From NCBI GenBank assembly GCA_047495785.1, contig JBLDXI010000015.1, positions 1,860,001 to 1,924,000 on the forward strand: DNA of 64,000 bases. Direction: 5' to 3'. Position numbers and translations under genes: made by a program. This DNA is from Lepidodermella squamata (Eukaryota > Animalia > Gastrotricha). Below, one piece after another: positions 22,281 to 36,552 of the stretch. The notes under the pieces are model-generated. The model was not told the DNA's origin and made no database searches. It worked only from the letters and a program-made list of their open reading frames with translations. Numbering within the stretch: the first letter of the stretch is position 1; each line of letters opens with the position of its first letter.

Positions 22281-24303
22281 TCAAAGCAAGGACCTAAAAA
22301 AATCAGAAATCACAAAAATTCGAAAAATCCCTCTTAATATTGCGAAAAATGAGTAATAAACGCAGAATTTTCAGAAGATGACTAATGATGACTAATTTTT
22401 CTATAATTAGTAAATTCATTTATTCCGCGAAAATGGTACATACTGTATAGTATAAAAATCGTGTAAAGATGTATTACGATGGAGATATAGTATTTCGCCA
22501 CATTTTTTGTGTGCCCAGGCGCTTCCGCGGTGATCTGCCTGCAAGTCGGTGTATACACATATATAAAGGAGCGCGCAGCCTGACGCTTTTAAAAAAGCCT
22601 CCCGAGAATCTAAACTAAGCAATTTGCTGCGCTACTACGGCCACTTTTGTGTCCACCGAGCGCGGCCATACACACACTTATTCGAAATACAGCCGCAATG
22701 TAATAAAGAAGGAGAGGGAGAAATAAGAAAAGCACTACTACCAGAGTCGACAAATCGAATTATCAGGCTATAAAGTTTCCTCCATTTTGCGTTCGATTGT
22801 TTTTCATACACAGCAGCATCAGTGTGGCACCATTAATGTAGCACTAGTTTCCGGCTTATCTCTTATAAAGGAGGAATATAAAGTTTCGGAAAGGCAATAT
22901 ACCGGCCGCATGAAAGCGGATACACAAGATGAGGCGGAAATTATTGTCAAAACAAGTCACCCTCGACAAGCGTTTAGCGATGACTGCTGCTACAATTTGC
23001 GCGCGCGGCTTAATTTTCGCGGCGCGTGGGTCAAACCCAGGCAGCGTGAAATTTGAGCGGCGAAGCTGTTGTTGTTGATTGATTGGTACAGCGCGTGACA
23101 AGTCTGGTAGCGCGGCGGAATTTTAATATCATCATTAGACGAAATGGGGTAATTCAATTTTTTCAGGCCCAGTTAGAGGCACGCATGAGAATATTTTTAT
23201 TCCTGAATAATCATATTTTTTTCCGATCGAAAATTGTGGGTGAAGTTTCGGCAATTCGCTTTGTGTTTGGCGCTGGGGTCAACAAGTTTTGATTTTGACC
23301 GATCGAATTTAATCCTACTTGACACGGCCTTCATTTCTCAATCGTGGGGCTCATGAATAAGAGGAGCCTAAAAGCTATTTTCATCGTCGGTCGAGATGCC
23401 ATCGAATGTTATGAAAGAAATGGAATTTTTTTAAAAATTTGTGCCATTTTTTACATAATGCGCCAGAATTTGTTTAGGAAAATCCGAAAAAATGAAAAAT
23501 TACATGGAAAATCCGAAAATAAAAAATTTCAGGAAAAAAAGGGACATACCATAATTTTCACATTATTCTTGAATTTTGTTATCGCGTTCCTGTTATCAGG
23601 GAAAAAGCTTGTGAACGATTAAAAGGAAAGAAGAAAAGACAACTTTTTCTTTGGGAACGTGTTCACTCCTGGGCGTGAGCGCGGCTCTGGCGGTCCGTAG
23701 AGGCTTTCGTTGTCTAGCGCGAGACTTATGTTGTCGGGCTTCCTTATCTATGCGCTCTGTTGTCCCCGGGGCTCTCATTTTCTCACAGAGAAAAGACTTA
23801 TTTGCTAGAGAACTACTGCGTTCCTGTTTTACGTTCTTGATTTTACTAATTTTATATTTTACGTTTTCAATGGTCCATTGGAGAAAATATAATCTTGGCC
23901 CGCCTGTCTGGAAGTAGGTTAAAATTCGTGGCAAATTATTGAAAATATGCGAAGAAGAATATTCCAAGGGAATTATCAAAAAAGCCATTGATCCAATCAA
24001 TTTTTTCATTTTGGAATACTTTTTGCAGCCTAACCCATAGTCAAAATTGCGATAAATTCTCTGAATATTTTTCAAAATCGAGTTATGTGGGAGAGGATTG
24101 TGTTCGGGTTTCGGCTGAATTTTGAGGATTAAAACTATTAATGCTTGACAATTTCGTAAATTATTCGATAAATGTTCGAAATTTCAAAATGCATTGCCTA
24201 ATCGTAATATTTGCGAATACTTTAAAACTTCCTACAAAATTTCTATCGCAAAAATAAGCTGAAGATTTCTAGTGCATTTTTCTGTTGGTTTAGGTGTTTA
24301 TAA

Positions 24304-25099
24304 ATGCAGTGTCAGAGCAAGTTACCGATCGTAAAATTGCTCATCGCTGCCAAGGTTGTTTTCGTCCTGTATTTGTTGCTAAAACACTGGCTAAATGGCG
24401 CAGATACACCAGTTCCAGTCGATTGGCTGCACGAATTGGAGAAACAACGCGGGGGTCTGAAAGTGTATTACTCCACTAAGGCGCCACTCACGCCGGAAGA
24501 TAAGTGCAAAAGCGTTAAAGGCCGGCGCATTCTAGCCAATTATGATACGAGTTTCTCGAATCAACGCCGCAATTGCCTCAACTCGATGGCTATCAGCGGC
24601 ATAGACGCTTGTTTGGTATTTTCGGCGAACATTTTCGACGAAACATTCCGCCGCCAGCAGCTGGAATCCGATAAATATATCGACTGGAATCGCTTGGGCA
24701 AGCCTTATATAATCTTCAAAATTCTCAACCTGATGAACGAAGACGATTCACTGCTTTATTTTGACGTTGATAAATTTTTGGATAAAAATGTTGAAAAAAT
24801 AGTTTGTAAACAGGTAAAACTTTTTTTCAAAAATTAATTTTGAAATTTCAATTTTAAAATTTTTTCAGGCTGAATCATTCGGAGATATCATTATTTTATA
24901 CGACACTTCAAATGATCAGAAAATTTATGGCAAAAGAATTTTGTTGCGAAAATCGTTTCATTCTGTTAGATTTATATCTGAGTGGTTGATGTTGTCGCAG
25001 GATTTTCCACCTGATTTCAAAACCGAGCAAGATACGCTAAATTATCTCGTTGCGCGCTGGAACGTGACACTGCTACGAGACAGCGATTTATTTATGTGA
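24304..25099 (+). CDS. Type II membrane glycosyltransferase-like (GT-A) protein, 2 exons (24304-24812, 24869-25099)
   Basis: N-terminal TM, GKPYII...LNLMNEDDSLLYFDVD (DxD), RKSFHSVRFISEWL, EQDTLN. Confidence 0.6.
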
Positions 25100-25609
25100 T
25101 TTTTTGCTGTTTTCTTATATCAAATAGTCTTTCAAAGATGATGTGAGCAAAAATAAAAATAGCGATTTTCTGGAGCTTTTCCAATTCTAGTATATTGTTG
25201 CTAGTTAGGTCTCTAATGCCTTGTTCAAGCGCTGGAAAAATCAATTGTTATTTGTACGCGAATTCTGAGCGCATAGCATTTTTACCTCACAAGCTTTTGT
25301 AAAAACGTAAATAAAAAAGATCCAGAGCCATGGAGAATGCGGTTGAGGTATCAATTATTCATTCCGCACTGTGACCATTTCATCGACCAGCACTTAGATG
25401 ACTCGCTACAAGGAAGCCACTTTATGAAAAAATTCATGTGAAAAAATGCGGCGAAGACTACTTGGCTTTTTTTCATCGCCAGAGTACCTAACATGAAAGT
25501 ACTGGAGCACGTAGATTCCAGCACCCTTTCTGAGTGGCTTCTCACATGCTGACCCTACACGAATGCAGTAAATGTGTTAAACCAGCATATCTACTACGTT
25601 TCCTTTTAA

Positions 25610-26905
25610 ATGCGAACCTTCAATGTTCAACAATTGTCTTTCGCCTTTTGCGTTTTCGTCATGGTCTACATTACGCTGTTTGTCATTCTGTTCCCCTTGG
25701 ACCAACGATATCTCCGAAAAGCCTTCAAACAAATGACTGATTTCTTCTCAGATCGCGCGAAAGAACTAAGCTTGGAAGACCGGATATTCCAAGCAACGCT
25801 GGCCGAAGCAGATTGCAACCGGCCTGATTCCGCTCATTTCTTGCTGGCACAAGGTGATAATTGCTCAAGTATCGTTAAGCGGGAAGATAATATCGAAATG
25901 ACAAGGGGAAACTGGAGCAGCTCACTAGACTTCAGACGAGTCGTCTTAATAGTGTCTTTCAACAGGCCGCATTTCGAAGCTTTACCTAAACTTTACCGGA
26001 TGTACCATAACCTATTCTTGAAGGTCGTATATTGCGTCACAGGGCTTGCGAAGCTTTCCGAGTACAAAAACGGAACATTCCTACCCTTAGTTAATGAATC
26101 GATTGTAGAGTTTATGGCGGAACCAAGCGAGCCGACTGGTGAATCATTCTACAAATGCTTCCCCGTTGTTATGGATAAATTGCCCGAGGTTCAGCGAATG
26201 GTTGAGCGAAATGAAACCGACGGCTTCTTGCACGTCTCTGACGATATGATCCCAAACCTTTGGGGTTTCAAATCTGGGGATTACGATTTGTCCAAGTGCT
26301 GGCTTATGGGGCCACCACAGGCTCTGTACGACTTTGACAATCGGCGATTTTGCAACGGGGCAACTTGGAATAATTCTATTGATTGCACAAGCACTGAACC
26401 ATGGGGTGTCCTCTTTCAGTATCAACGTCAATTGGTTTCAGCATTCGACGAGGCTAATTCCACTCAGCCAGAATTTATCAATGATCTAGCAAATGCAAGC
26501 ACAGGTAATGCGCGTGACTTGGCTTCAGTTTTAACGCTTTAATTTTCAGGCTTCAGAAGAGTTTGGAATGTATACGCTGACCTTTTTTACGTATCCCGGC
26601 AGTATCTGTTAAAAACCGTAGAAATATTTCGGCTATTCGCAAAACACCGCATATACATGGAACTGGCTGTTGGCACAGTGTTTAAGGGAGTCGTTAAAGA
26701 CGAAGACATACAATACGTGTCTCGCTCCGGGCAAATCAGCGGTGATGGTCGGTATATGAAGGTAACTGATACGTACAGTTCATCTCACTTGGCATATCAT
26801 CCTTTGAAACTGGGATCTATCGACACTGCAACAATTGATAGACAATGCATCTACTGCTTAATGACGACTGCTTTCGATCGTTTAAGAAATCGAACTTTAA
26901 CGTGA
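25610..26905 (+). CDS. STELLO/DUF288-like putative glycosyltransferase, copy 1 (intron about 26504-26549)
   Basis: Type II TM; VLIVSFN.PH, DGFLHVSDDMIPNLW, YADLFYV, YMELAVGT, YHPLK. Confidence 0.75.
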
Positions 26906-27124
26906 GATTTTATTCATAAATTCCTCCACACAAGCCATGCTGTGATTTTTTGATGTATTCTATGCAATATTGATTAGTAAAATATATGTTTTTTTGCCAA
27001 CGGCTGGGTGCTAGTCTCCACATTAAGGTGTGAAGATGAGTGTCTCGTCACTGTGGCACAACTGGGAAGAAATCCCTTACAACAAATTTGTTAAATTTAT
27101 CTCTATATCGGATTAATATAACTC

Positions 27125-30100
27125 ATGTCTCTTGTATCGCACCGAACTCCGCGTGCACATGCAGGCAAACTCACAAACAGAGGATCCTCTGTTCGCTTAT
27201 CAGGAAAGAAGTTTTTAGATGACCCAGCATCGAAAGCAGCTAAAGCGAATAAGAGCCCACGTGCGAAATTTGCGCCTGAAAAAGAGGTGATAGAAGAAAT
27301 AGCCGCGATCATTGCAAACAACAAACGAAGAGAATTCATCATTTTTACGAATCGCTACCATGCTCTCGAACTGTTCACAATCTTACGGGCACCGATCGAC
27401 ATGCCGGCGCATCTCATCGAGCTGCTTCCAAAGGATGAAAGCCAAAACGATGAGAAGCAGATTAACTCGCCCCGAGAGAAAGTTCCATGGTGGAGTTCGT
27501 TTCACGCCATGGCGTTTTATGACAGGTATACATCCCATCTTTCAAATTTAGATTATATCGATTTCCCATTAGGCTGGAAATGATGACAGTGCCCATAATT
27601 GAACGGTTACTTTTGCGATACCTATCCGTTCAAAGCGCTGATCAACTTGACGCTTTAAGCGATGCTTTCATGAGGCTGCCTTTAAACTACGCCATCGAGC
27701 GGGGTCATATTGGCGCAAGCCGCTGGCTTTGTCGCTGTTCGATTTCCCTTGACGAGAGGACCAATCAGCCCAGCTCAAAGGTTGCTATCAGCACAAAGGA
27801 TGCATTTGGCCTTGCGCCGCTACATTACGCCGTAAAAACAGGCAGCAAGCATACTGCTAAAGATTTAGTGGATGTTTTGGTTTCTCATGGAGCTGATGTA
27901 AATGTTAAGGATGGTGGGGGTTATACCCCTCTTGCCCTCGCCGCTTGCCGAGGTGCAGTTGAGGCCGTCGATATCCTGCTAAAAGGTGAAGCGAAGCTGG
28001 ATCTAGCTACGAACGATGGTAAGTTTCGGACCCAATAAAAGCTAGAAATGTAGGTATTGTTCCTCAGGTTGGACGCCTTTAATCCTGGCGGCTTACCATG
28101 GTCACGCGAAGGTCGTTAATCATTTGATGAAGCTGAGCGTTTCCCTAGAATCCCAAGCTTGTTGGGCAACTATTGACGGCGCAACTGCTTTGATGGTTGC
28201 GGCTCAGAATGGACATACAGACATAGTAACAGCATTGTTGGGGACACAGGGCGGTATAGCCTCGCTGAATATTAGAGACTCTAGCGGTAGGACGCCACTT
28301 CACACGGCTGCTTTCAAAGGCTTCGACGCAATCGTCGATCTTTTGTTGAGCCATCGAGCTGATACGAGTATCGCTGATATCTGGGGTGCCACTGCGCTGA
28401 TGTTGGGGGTAGCTGGGGCGAAGCCCGATAAAGTTGTGGCTAAATTTATGGCTTATGGTGTTCAGTTAGATGCAGCGAACGATGACGGATGGACAGCTTT
28501 GATGATCGCAGCTGACCGAGGCCTGATTGATACCACAAGATACTTGGTCACCGCCTGTCAGAAAACTTCAATTTACACCCAAGCGTTAAATTCTCAATTG
28601 AAGGATGGCTCAACGGCGTTGATGATTGCCGCGGCAACGGGCAATGATAAAGTGGTTGACGAACTGCTTACGTCGACACACACCCTTGTTGAGCCATCGA
28701 GATCAATCGATGATTGGTCGGCTTTGTACCATGCGATTTACAGCCAGTCGTTGAAATCCACTCGTTCTATTGTCAGCCGTTTGCCGACATACAACTTGAC
28801 GTCAGAACTGGAGTTGACCCCTCGTCTTCAAGAAGTCAATCGATCAACAAAGGTCGAGGGCACCACGCCTCTGATACTAGCTTCGATGTTAGGGAATATC
28901 GTAATTGTAAGTTGTTCTTGGTTCAAATTAAATAGCAGGGTTCGATGACTTATTTACTTCAGGTCAGGGCTTTGCTTGATTTCGGGGCTCAAGTCAATTC
29001 ATACGACAACACGATGTTTACTCCACTCATGGCAGCTGTTCAAAACGACAACGAACCCCTGGCCAAAATTTTACTCTCGAAGGGGGCTAAGCCAGATTTA
29101 CAAGTTTGCATCCAATTTTAATGAGATGACTTGGTAATTTTCCAAAAAAATTAGGAAATCAATGGATACACTGCCCTTGCTATTGCCGCATTTTATGGAA
29201 ATACGAAAATGTGCGAATTTCTCGTGAACTTTGGCCGATCCAATGTAATGAAACTTCAACAATCTTTGCCACGTTATTGCTGATATTTTTATATAGCCTT
29301 TTATCTGGCAGGCCAATGGCCGAACTCCACTTTTGCTAGCCGCTGAGAAAGGTTTCCACGAAATCGTCCGGCTGATAATTCGAAAGTACCCTGCTGCTTT
29401 TGAGTCAGTCGACGTCTTGGGCCGCAACGCTCTTCACTATGCCGTAATTTCAGGGGACGAGAAAACTGTTCTTGCTCTCTGCGAAAACGCAAATTCTGCC
29501 AATTTCCTGAATCCTAATTTGAAAGATAAGTACGGGGAAACTCCGTTGATGATGGCTGCCAAATCTAAGGGGGGCGATAGTTACAATCCATCACCGCCTT
29601 CTACAATGTCGCCTCGCACCCCAGCTGTCAACCCCGATATTGCTTATGTAATGCCGATCTTGCGGCTAAAATCCCTCATCGTCGACGACACGGATAAGAA
29701 GGGTGATACAGCTCTGATTCGCGTGAGTTTTCATGAGCCATTCATATTCGAAAGACGTTTTTGTCCTCAGTCTTACTTAGCTAAAAACTGGGCTTTCGCT
29801 GAGGTAGCGTTGAAAAAGGGAGCCTCGGCGGCTCTTCATCGTAACACTCATCCAAAAATGACCCCTCTGATGCTAGCTGCGTCAGCCGGTCACGTGCAGG
29901 GTGTTAAGCTGATAAAATGGTACGCACCTTCGACCATCGACGACGTCGACGTTCTGGGAAGAACCGCCCTGTTTCATGCTGCAATGAAAGGTTAACTTCA
30001 CCCGCATGATGGATATTCAACTAATTCTGTATATTGAATCAGATAATTTAGAAATAATCAATCTATTGCTCGAAGGGCCTGAATCCGCTAAGGTGGATGC

Positions 30101-31144
30101 GCCAGCTACAGGCAGGCTAGAGGATGGTGAAAATGCCGGTGAAGATTGCGTACCTGGAACGACGGCTCTGCATTACGTGGCGTCTTATGGAAAAATGGAG
30201 ACTGCCAATCGGCTCATTTCAGCAGGTTAGAGTTTTTCATATTCGATAAAAAGTTATAGATCAGGGATATTTTTGCTATCAGGAGCCGATATAAATCACG
30301 CAAACGATTTGGGAGAGACAGCGTTGATGCTGGCAGCCAAATACAGCAATTGGACAGTTTTCGATGGCCTCCTTAAAAAAGGAGCTGACGTTCATTTTAG
30401 AGATGAAACCGGTCGAACGGTTTTGCATCGTCTCGCATGCAGTGAAGACCAGTTCGAAGCGTGCAGGGGACTCCGGCTATTTGTAAAGCATAAAGGCGCA
30501 GAACTCCTCGACTCAATGGTCGATACCCTACATCAGAATACAGCTTTACACATCGCAGCGTTGAATGATAGCTCTAAAATTGTGGACGAACTAATCATTC
30601 TTGGCGCATCTCGAGAGTCTAAGAACAACGGAGACCTCACACCGTTGGAGTCGATAACCTACGGGCCGAAATTGTTTAATGACCTTGGGCAGATTATAGA
30701 CGAGAAATGGCAAACTGTTGCGGATGTCATGCTGAGACGTGCCCTTAAAAATAAGTATACTGGTACAAGCTATGTTGATATTTTAGGAAGGCTTTACGAC
30801 GAGGAGGTTGCGAAAATTCGGGAAGAGGATTCTACAGTAAGGAAACCCAATAATTCTTCAAGCTTATTCATAAATCTTTCTTCCTAATGCAGAGAAAGAG
30901 TGCAGCGATGTTGATGCAACGAATCTTTGAGCTCGATGACCTTCCGTTTTTCGACATTGATGCCCTGGCTGAAGTTTTTGAAAAAATCAAAGCTGAAGAT
31001 GGCCTGAAACTTCCTGCTAGCTTCAAGCGTTTGGTCGAAACAACCAGGGGCCGGTTTGTCGTTTTTAATCCTGATACAATCAGCAACATCACAAAAGAGA
31101 GAAGCGGAGTAAATCTACGTGGAAACAAAGCAAAACGCGTCTAA
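27125..31144 (+). CDS. Multi-exon ankyrin-repeat protein (about 20 repeats)
   Basis: Repeated G.TPLH/ALM.AA..G...V..LL motifs across ORFs 27580-30887 linked by 45-60 nt GT-AG introns. Confidence 0.85.
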
Positions 31145-31214
31145 TTGCTACACTTGTTTAACTTTTTTGCAAGCTTCTTTCAGTTCGCTATTATTACTGT
31201 TCGTTTGCCCAGAA

Positions 31215-34200
31215 TCACCACAGTAGAACCCAAAAGAATATTGCTACCGCCAGCAAAGCAACTAACATGGCCGAAGTCAACATTTTCATTGTAGGACTTT
31301 CGTTGATGCCTTCGGAAATTGGGGCAAGGTACATGCTATCGACACTGGAAGCCTTTTTCGCGGAAAGTTGTACATCGGCATCAAAAACATTGTCGGATGG
31401 TCGCACGTCGCCGTTAGAGCCTTGGCGCCCATTGTTGAGGGAATCAATGCCACATCTTTTAAAACAAAAGAATTCAAACAAAAAGTGGAGATTTCGGTCA
31501 GTACTAATGATTACAGCCAATTTATCGCACGACGAAATTTAGATTGAGGCTGGTCATTTGTCAGGCCCACATTGTCAGAGTCCCGCATTCTGCTGCTTTC
31601 GACTTCGCTAGTTCTTGAGTTACGCCCATCAACTCCACTCCCTCTCTCTGAAATATGGGTTCTGGAATAACGGTCAAATGAAGGATTGCTAGCTGTTTAC
31701 TTCTGATGCTTTCCGATTCATTCACAGTGCTGTTTCTTCGCTTCGATTTTGTTCGCTTCAATATTCTGTGCTCGAATCGTGTCCAGTAGGTTAATGCGTT
31801 GATCTTAAATATCAATTAATGATTCCGATAGTTAGTTTGAAGTAAAACATGGTATTTCTCTTACCCGAATTTTATCTGGTGGTTTCGTAACAAGAGATAA
31901 GCAAATTGTGACCAGGGTGGTTATCGAAAACAAGATTATCGCAAAGTACAGGTAATGTACATTCCTAAATTAGAATTTATTCTGATGGACCCTAGCAGAA
32001 GATGATGTACTTACTTCAGTGCCGGAGGTCGGAAGTCATGCCTGTTCACTTTTCCCGCTGCACAGCTAGGTTCTGGATAGCTCACATCCAACCCAAAGCG
32101 CACAACCCCAATCTATTTGAGATATTGAAATACCTTGAAGGAATATAAAATATAAGTCTCATACCAGGAGACCTATCATCAGGCCATAGAAAGCTCCCTA
32201 GAAGGACAAAAACTGTCTATTATTCTGCGTAAATTTCGAATTTCTTGCCTGTTCATTGCAGCGTTTCCAGAAAATAGCCAAAAGAAAGATTGCCGTGATA
32301 GGTGGAGAAAAATACGCTGTCATCTGGAAATAAATGTAAACACTAATGACACAATTAGAGAAGAATGACGCACTGATTGAATGTATTTGTACAAGTTGGA
32401 AGCATTTGCCACGATAACCATCCTAAAATAGATACAATTTCGTCGCAGACAAGCGAATCTTCGTTGAAGTTTACCAAAGCATGCTGACTGTACAAACGAT
32501 AACAATAAAGACCCGGCCAACAATTTGAAGCTCTTTCGAGGATGCTTTCGGTCTTATCAGGCGCCAGATATCCATGGTGAAAATAGCGGAACAAGCGTTG
32601 AAAATCGCCTGAAAGGAGTAAAGTTTTAACCAAAAAGCAGCTTCGTAATAGAGAAAATCACAGTGAAGGAGGATATCAATGCTGCAGTGACTGTAATGCT
32701 TAGAAGACCTTGAGCTCCCTTGTCCAGCAGTTTAGTTTCAGGATCAGTGTCCTTTGACAACATCGTGTAGGCATAATTCGTGCAACCCGTTTCACTTCTG
32801 CAGTAGCAGCAGCACAGCAGTGGATCAGCGCAGTTAATGAAATCTGATATGAAGTGCCTTTTAAACCCAAAATTCGCAACAGAAAACTCTCACCTTTGTA
32901 TAACACCCTGGAAGCCATTCCAGGTAAAACGAATAAGAACGGTGGTAGAAATTTGAGAGCTGCGGCTAGTAGGACGCCAAGCTTTGCATGGGACAAGTTT
33001 TGGCTCGCCAGCACGTGTTGCGTAATCATTTGATCGCCACACCAATACCACAGCGACAGAATCGATATTCCGAAAATAGCCCCAGGCCAAGGCTGATAGG
33101 CGTCATCCGGTGGCTGCATGAAATGGAAGGCGAGTTGTGCACTGGGCGGTTGGCTGCATCTGTAGTAGAAAAGGTAGAAAATTCGAAAATGATCGAAGTG
33201 TATTACTCAAATATGGCCTCGCGAGCATCCGCTTGTCTGCTGGTTGATTGCCCACACCTGAATTTCAGAATCTTAATTTTCTTACTGAACTGAAAGGCAA
33301 TTCTGATATATACGTAGTATCCGAGGTTTCGACGACGAAATGTGCTGAATTGTTCGCTGTGCTTGGTTTTGAATCCATGTACAGCTTGAACAAGTTTTCG
33401 ATTCCACCCGTTCTAGCCATCACTTGGATTGAACAGAAAAGCCTAAATTATGGATTTTTAAGTTTCAACGAAGTGCCCTAACCTTGAGCCAAGAGATAGC
33501 TTGCCCCAACAAGAATGACCACCAACTGTAATCGCAGTTCAAATGCAAAGGTAAGATTAGAGACAATAACCAAACCTGCGTTGCATTGGTCCATAGGACT
33601 GCTGTCATTCCGCCTGTTTTTATCAAGATTTTGCAATTTGGTCAATATATCTTTAGCATGAAGCTAACCTAAAATTGTGAAAAATGCTGCCACGGACAGT
33701 AGCAAAAAGACTCCGATGTATCTATTGAATCCAAGCTGACAGGGATCATAATTATTCGCAAATTCAATTCAAAGATTTCTTTTTCTCACCACTTGCTCCA
33801 GGAAAAAGGTTCCAGCGTAAAGATCAGCCTGTTACATGAAGGATGAATAACGAGAAAACGTTGATTCAGCACTAATACCGATATTTTCGTAAAGATGTAG
33901 AGGAACAGAGCAAGACAAGACATGTAAATCTGGATTCGGCGTCCACCGAAGCGTGCCCTCAAGTATTCCGGCATGGTTGATACGTTTGAAGCAAGGTAAA
34001 CCGGCGTGAAGAACCATCCAAGCAGCGGGAGAATGAAAATTGCCTATATTAATGGTATTCAGCTTACATTCGATAGTCAATTCAAACAACGAACGTTAAT
34101 CTCGAAAACTGCGTCTCCAATTCCGTAAGCAGCAGAGGACCCGGCTATGCCTAGAAAATGCGTACTGCCAATATTTGATGCAAAGAGACTCATGCCAATC

Positions 34201-34577
34201 TGTTGAACTGGTTCAAACACAGAGAACAAAGGCATGTTAGAGATCTTACCATAACCCAGTTTGCTGAGCGAGCTGTCAGAAAAAACCCGGAGAGCGATCC
34301 TCGGTTTTGAAATGCAGCCTAGATAAGAAAACAGTTGAGCTCCAGCCATTTCGAGCAGCGGCAAGCTTACTATTATTCCGACGCAAATAATTACGACGAA
34401 GTAAAAAGCAAAAACAACCCAATCTTGCACGGGGACGTTATCAATAAGATTCGGCTCTCCAAGTGCTTTGGTTTTATTGTCGGCGTACATATCACAAATA
34501 GATTGACGATCTTGCGAATTAGTAGTATCGCAAGCCATCGCGATGGCTTCGACATTAAGCTTAGCGCAACCAGGCAT
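31215..34577 (-). CDS. Sodium/glucose cotransporter (SLC5/SGLT family), many short introns
   Basis: [65 protein letters not shown]-terminal TM ending FFWVLLW. Confidence 0.9.
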
Positions 34578-34684
34578 TTTCAACGAAAAATACTTGCTTG
34601 AAAAAAATCGAATGATATCGAATGAAAAAAACCATATGCCCAATTATTGCTTGCTTCGTTTTATTTCGATAAAAAAGGTGATTA

Positions 34685-36100
34685 TCAAGCTCCGAAAGGA
34701 GGAGGTAGCGCGAAACTCGGCGCAATGTTATCAGCGACAGGTGCGTTCCTAGTTTGGTAATGAGTCTCCCATGTGCAGTCGTCGTTGTAACTCAGTAGCA
34801 GCTGGTGCGTGGGTTGACGGAAAGGTGCATACAGCGAGAAGGTTGAAGCCAGTTCGCCAAAGCCACTCTGCGTTATTAAGAGCGTGTTCATCCTCGTGAG
34901 GAACAGCCATTCAGCCAGGGTTTCTGCAAAGCGATCTCGCCTTGTTTCATCATCGTATTCACTCCAATCATTATCAATGCTGATAGGCTACAGAAATACA
35001 GTTTTTGAATTTTGGATTAACATTGAACTGTATGATTACCTTGAAACCAGATTCATGTGCGTCTATTCTAGCCTTCCGTAAAATACTAATGAGATGTGTT
35101 TTTGCCTCAACAGAATCTGATGCAATAAAGACGACAGGATTTTTTCCTTTTTCACAATAGCCCGCCACGTAATTGATTCTCCGATGGAAGCATTGTTCAA
35201 CTTGATATCGAGACGCTCTCGTCCAATCTTCCTGCCTTAAACTGAAGCCTTGAGGTGCAACTCTCAAATGAATTCCTATGCGACAGCCTTCGTAACCTTC
35301 GTAGCCCATACGGCGCCTAAGCCCCGCCAATTTTTCAGTTATTAGTTTGGCTGGTTTGCTCAAAAGAACTCTCAACGCGGTGTAGATGACGAGGTCGTAG
35401 GAAAATCTCAGCTTATGTTTAGCGATGATGGTCATGAATTCGACTATGTTTTGCTGGAAAAGAAGTTGAGGAAGAATGTTTTGCAGAATTGTTAAATCTT
35501 TCGTATAGACTGAGATTATCGCAGGATCCATTGAATGAAAATCGTTTGAGGTGGGATAGCGTATTCTGGGTACATTCTCGGCCGAATTTAGCAGGAATTC
35601 GTGATAAGCCTTATTTTCGGGCAGGATATTCTCGAAATATTCGTTAAGATCCCAAGGTAATGTCCAGTTGACTAGGAGCACTCGATTTGAAGAAATTGCA
35701 ACGAAAAACAGTGAACTAAGCCCTGCGACGAATACAAGTAATTCAACATGAAACAAGTTACTGAAGAGGTACCTCGCAACCGATCTGCCAACCCTCCGTA
35801 GCTGATATTAGGATCGGATATTTGAAAAACTAGGGCTCTTACGGGGCATCTTGCTGACATTTGGCACAGCATCATCATGTCCATCTTAGAGATGTAAAAT
35901 TGCTGAAACTCCTCAATATATTTGATCGCCTCCAGTTGAGTCTCCGATGGCTTCGGCATTTCAGGCTGCTCAGTATGACTAAGATCAATGAATTGTCCGG
36001 CATTTAGACGGGCTTTTATCCGGAATAGTAAAATTATCAAGAGGGTAAACCAAAGGGTCACAATTGAGACTTTTAGGAGCTTTAAAACAAATTTATTCAT
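34685..36100 (-). CDS. Fucosyltransferase-like (GT-B; GT37/GT23/GT11-type motifs) type II protein, 3 exons, copy 1
   Basis: GGLADRLRG...SNRVLLVNW, IGIHLR, VFIASDS, AEWLFLTRMNTLLITQSGFG. Confidence 0.72.
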
Positions 36101-36552
36101 TACATAGCAGTAAATATTTATATATAATATCCACTCATACGACGTAATTACTACTGTACATGCGTACTAGGCCATAGTTGTGAATAGAGTGTCGTATTTA
36201 ATACTTGAACACATCTTAGAGCTTGCACTTGGAGGTAAAATTTGTTTATCGTTGTTCTTAGAAGGTTCAGCAGTGGTCATTTTATAGTAATAGAATAAAG
36301 TAATCACCGGCAAACTGTTGAAGCCTAAAGCCGGTCTTGAAGTCGCTGTATTTTGAGGTCGAGGTGAGCCTTCGACAGAGAGTCCGAAAGAAAAGACCAC
36401 ATTTTTCATTAAACTCGATGAGCACCATGAACATTTCAAATTTTGAACCTCGCGAACTCAGACATTATTATTTCAATTCCTTAATCTCACAGTGGTCGCA
36501 GATTCGAGACTGATTGATCCTTTCAACAGATTTTATGATAAATTTTAGGTGA

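Noticed and set aside
23596-24075. 159-aa and 88-aa overlapping ORFs
   Set aside because: No domain features or convincing splice structure; probably regulatory or intergenic
27125-34577. Frameshifted pseudogenes or a non-standard genetic code suggested by fragmented ORFs
   Set aside because: The breaks checked are explained by short canonical GT-AG introns in the correct phase
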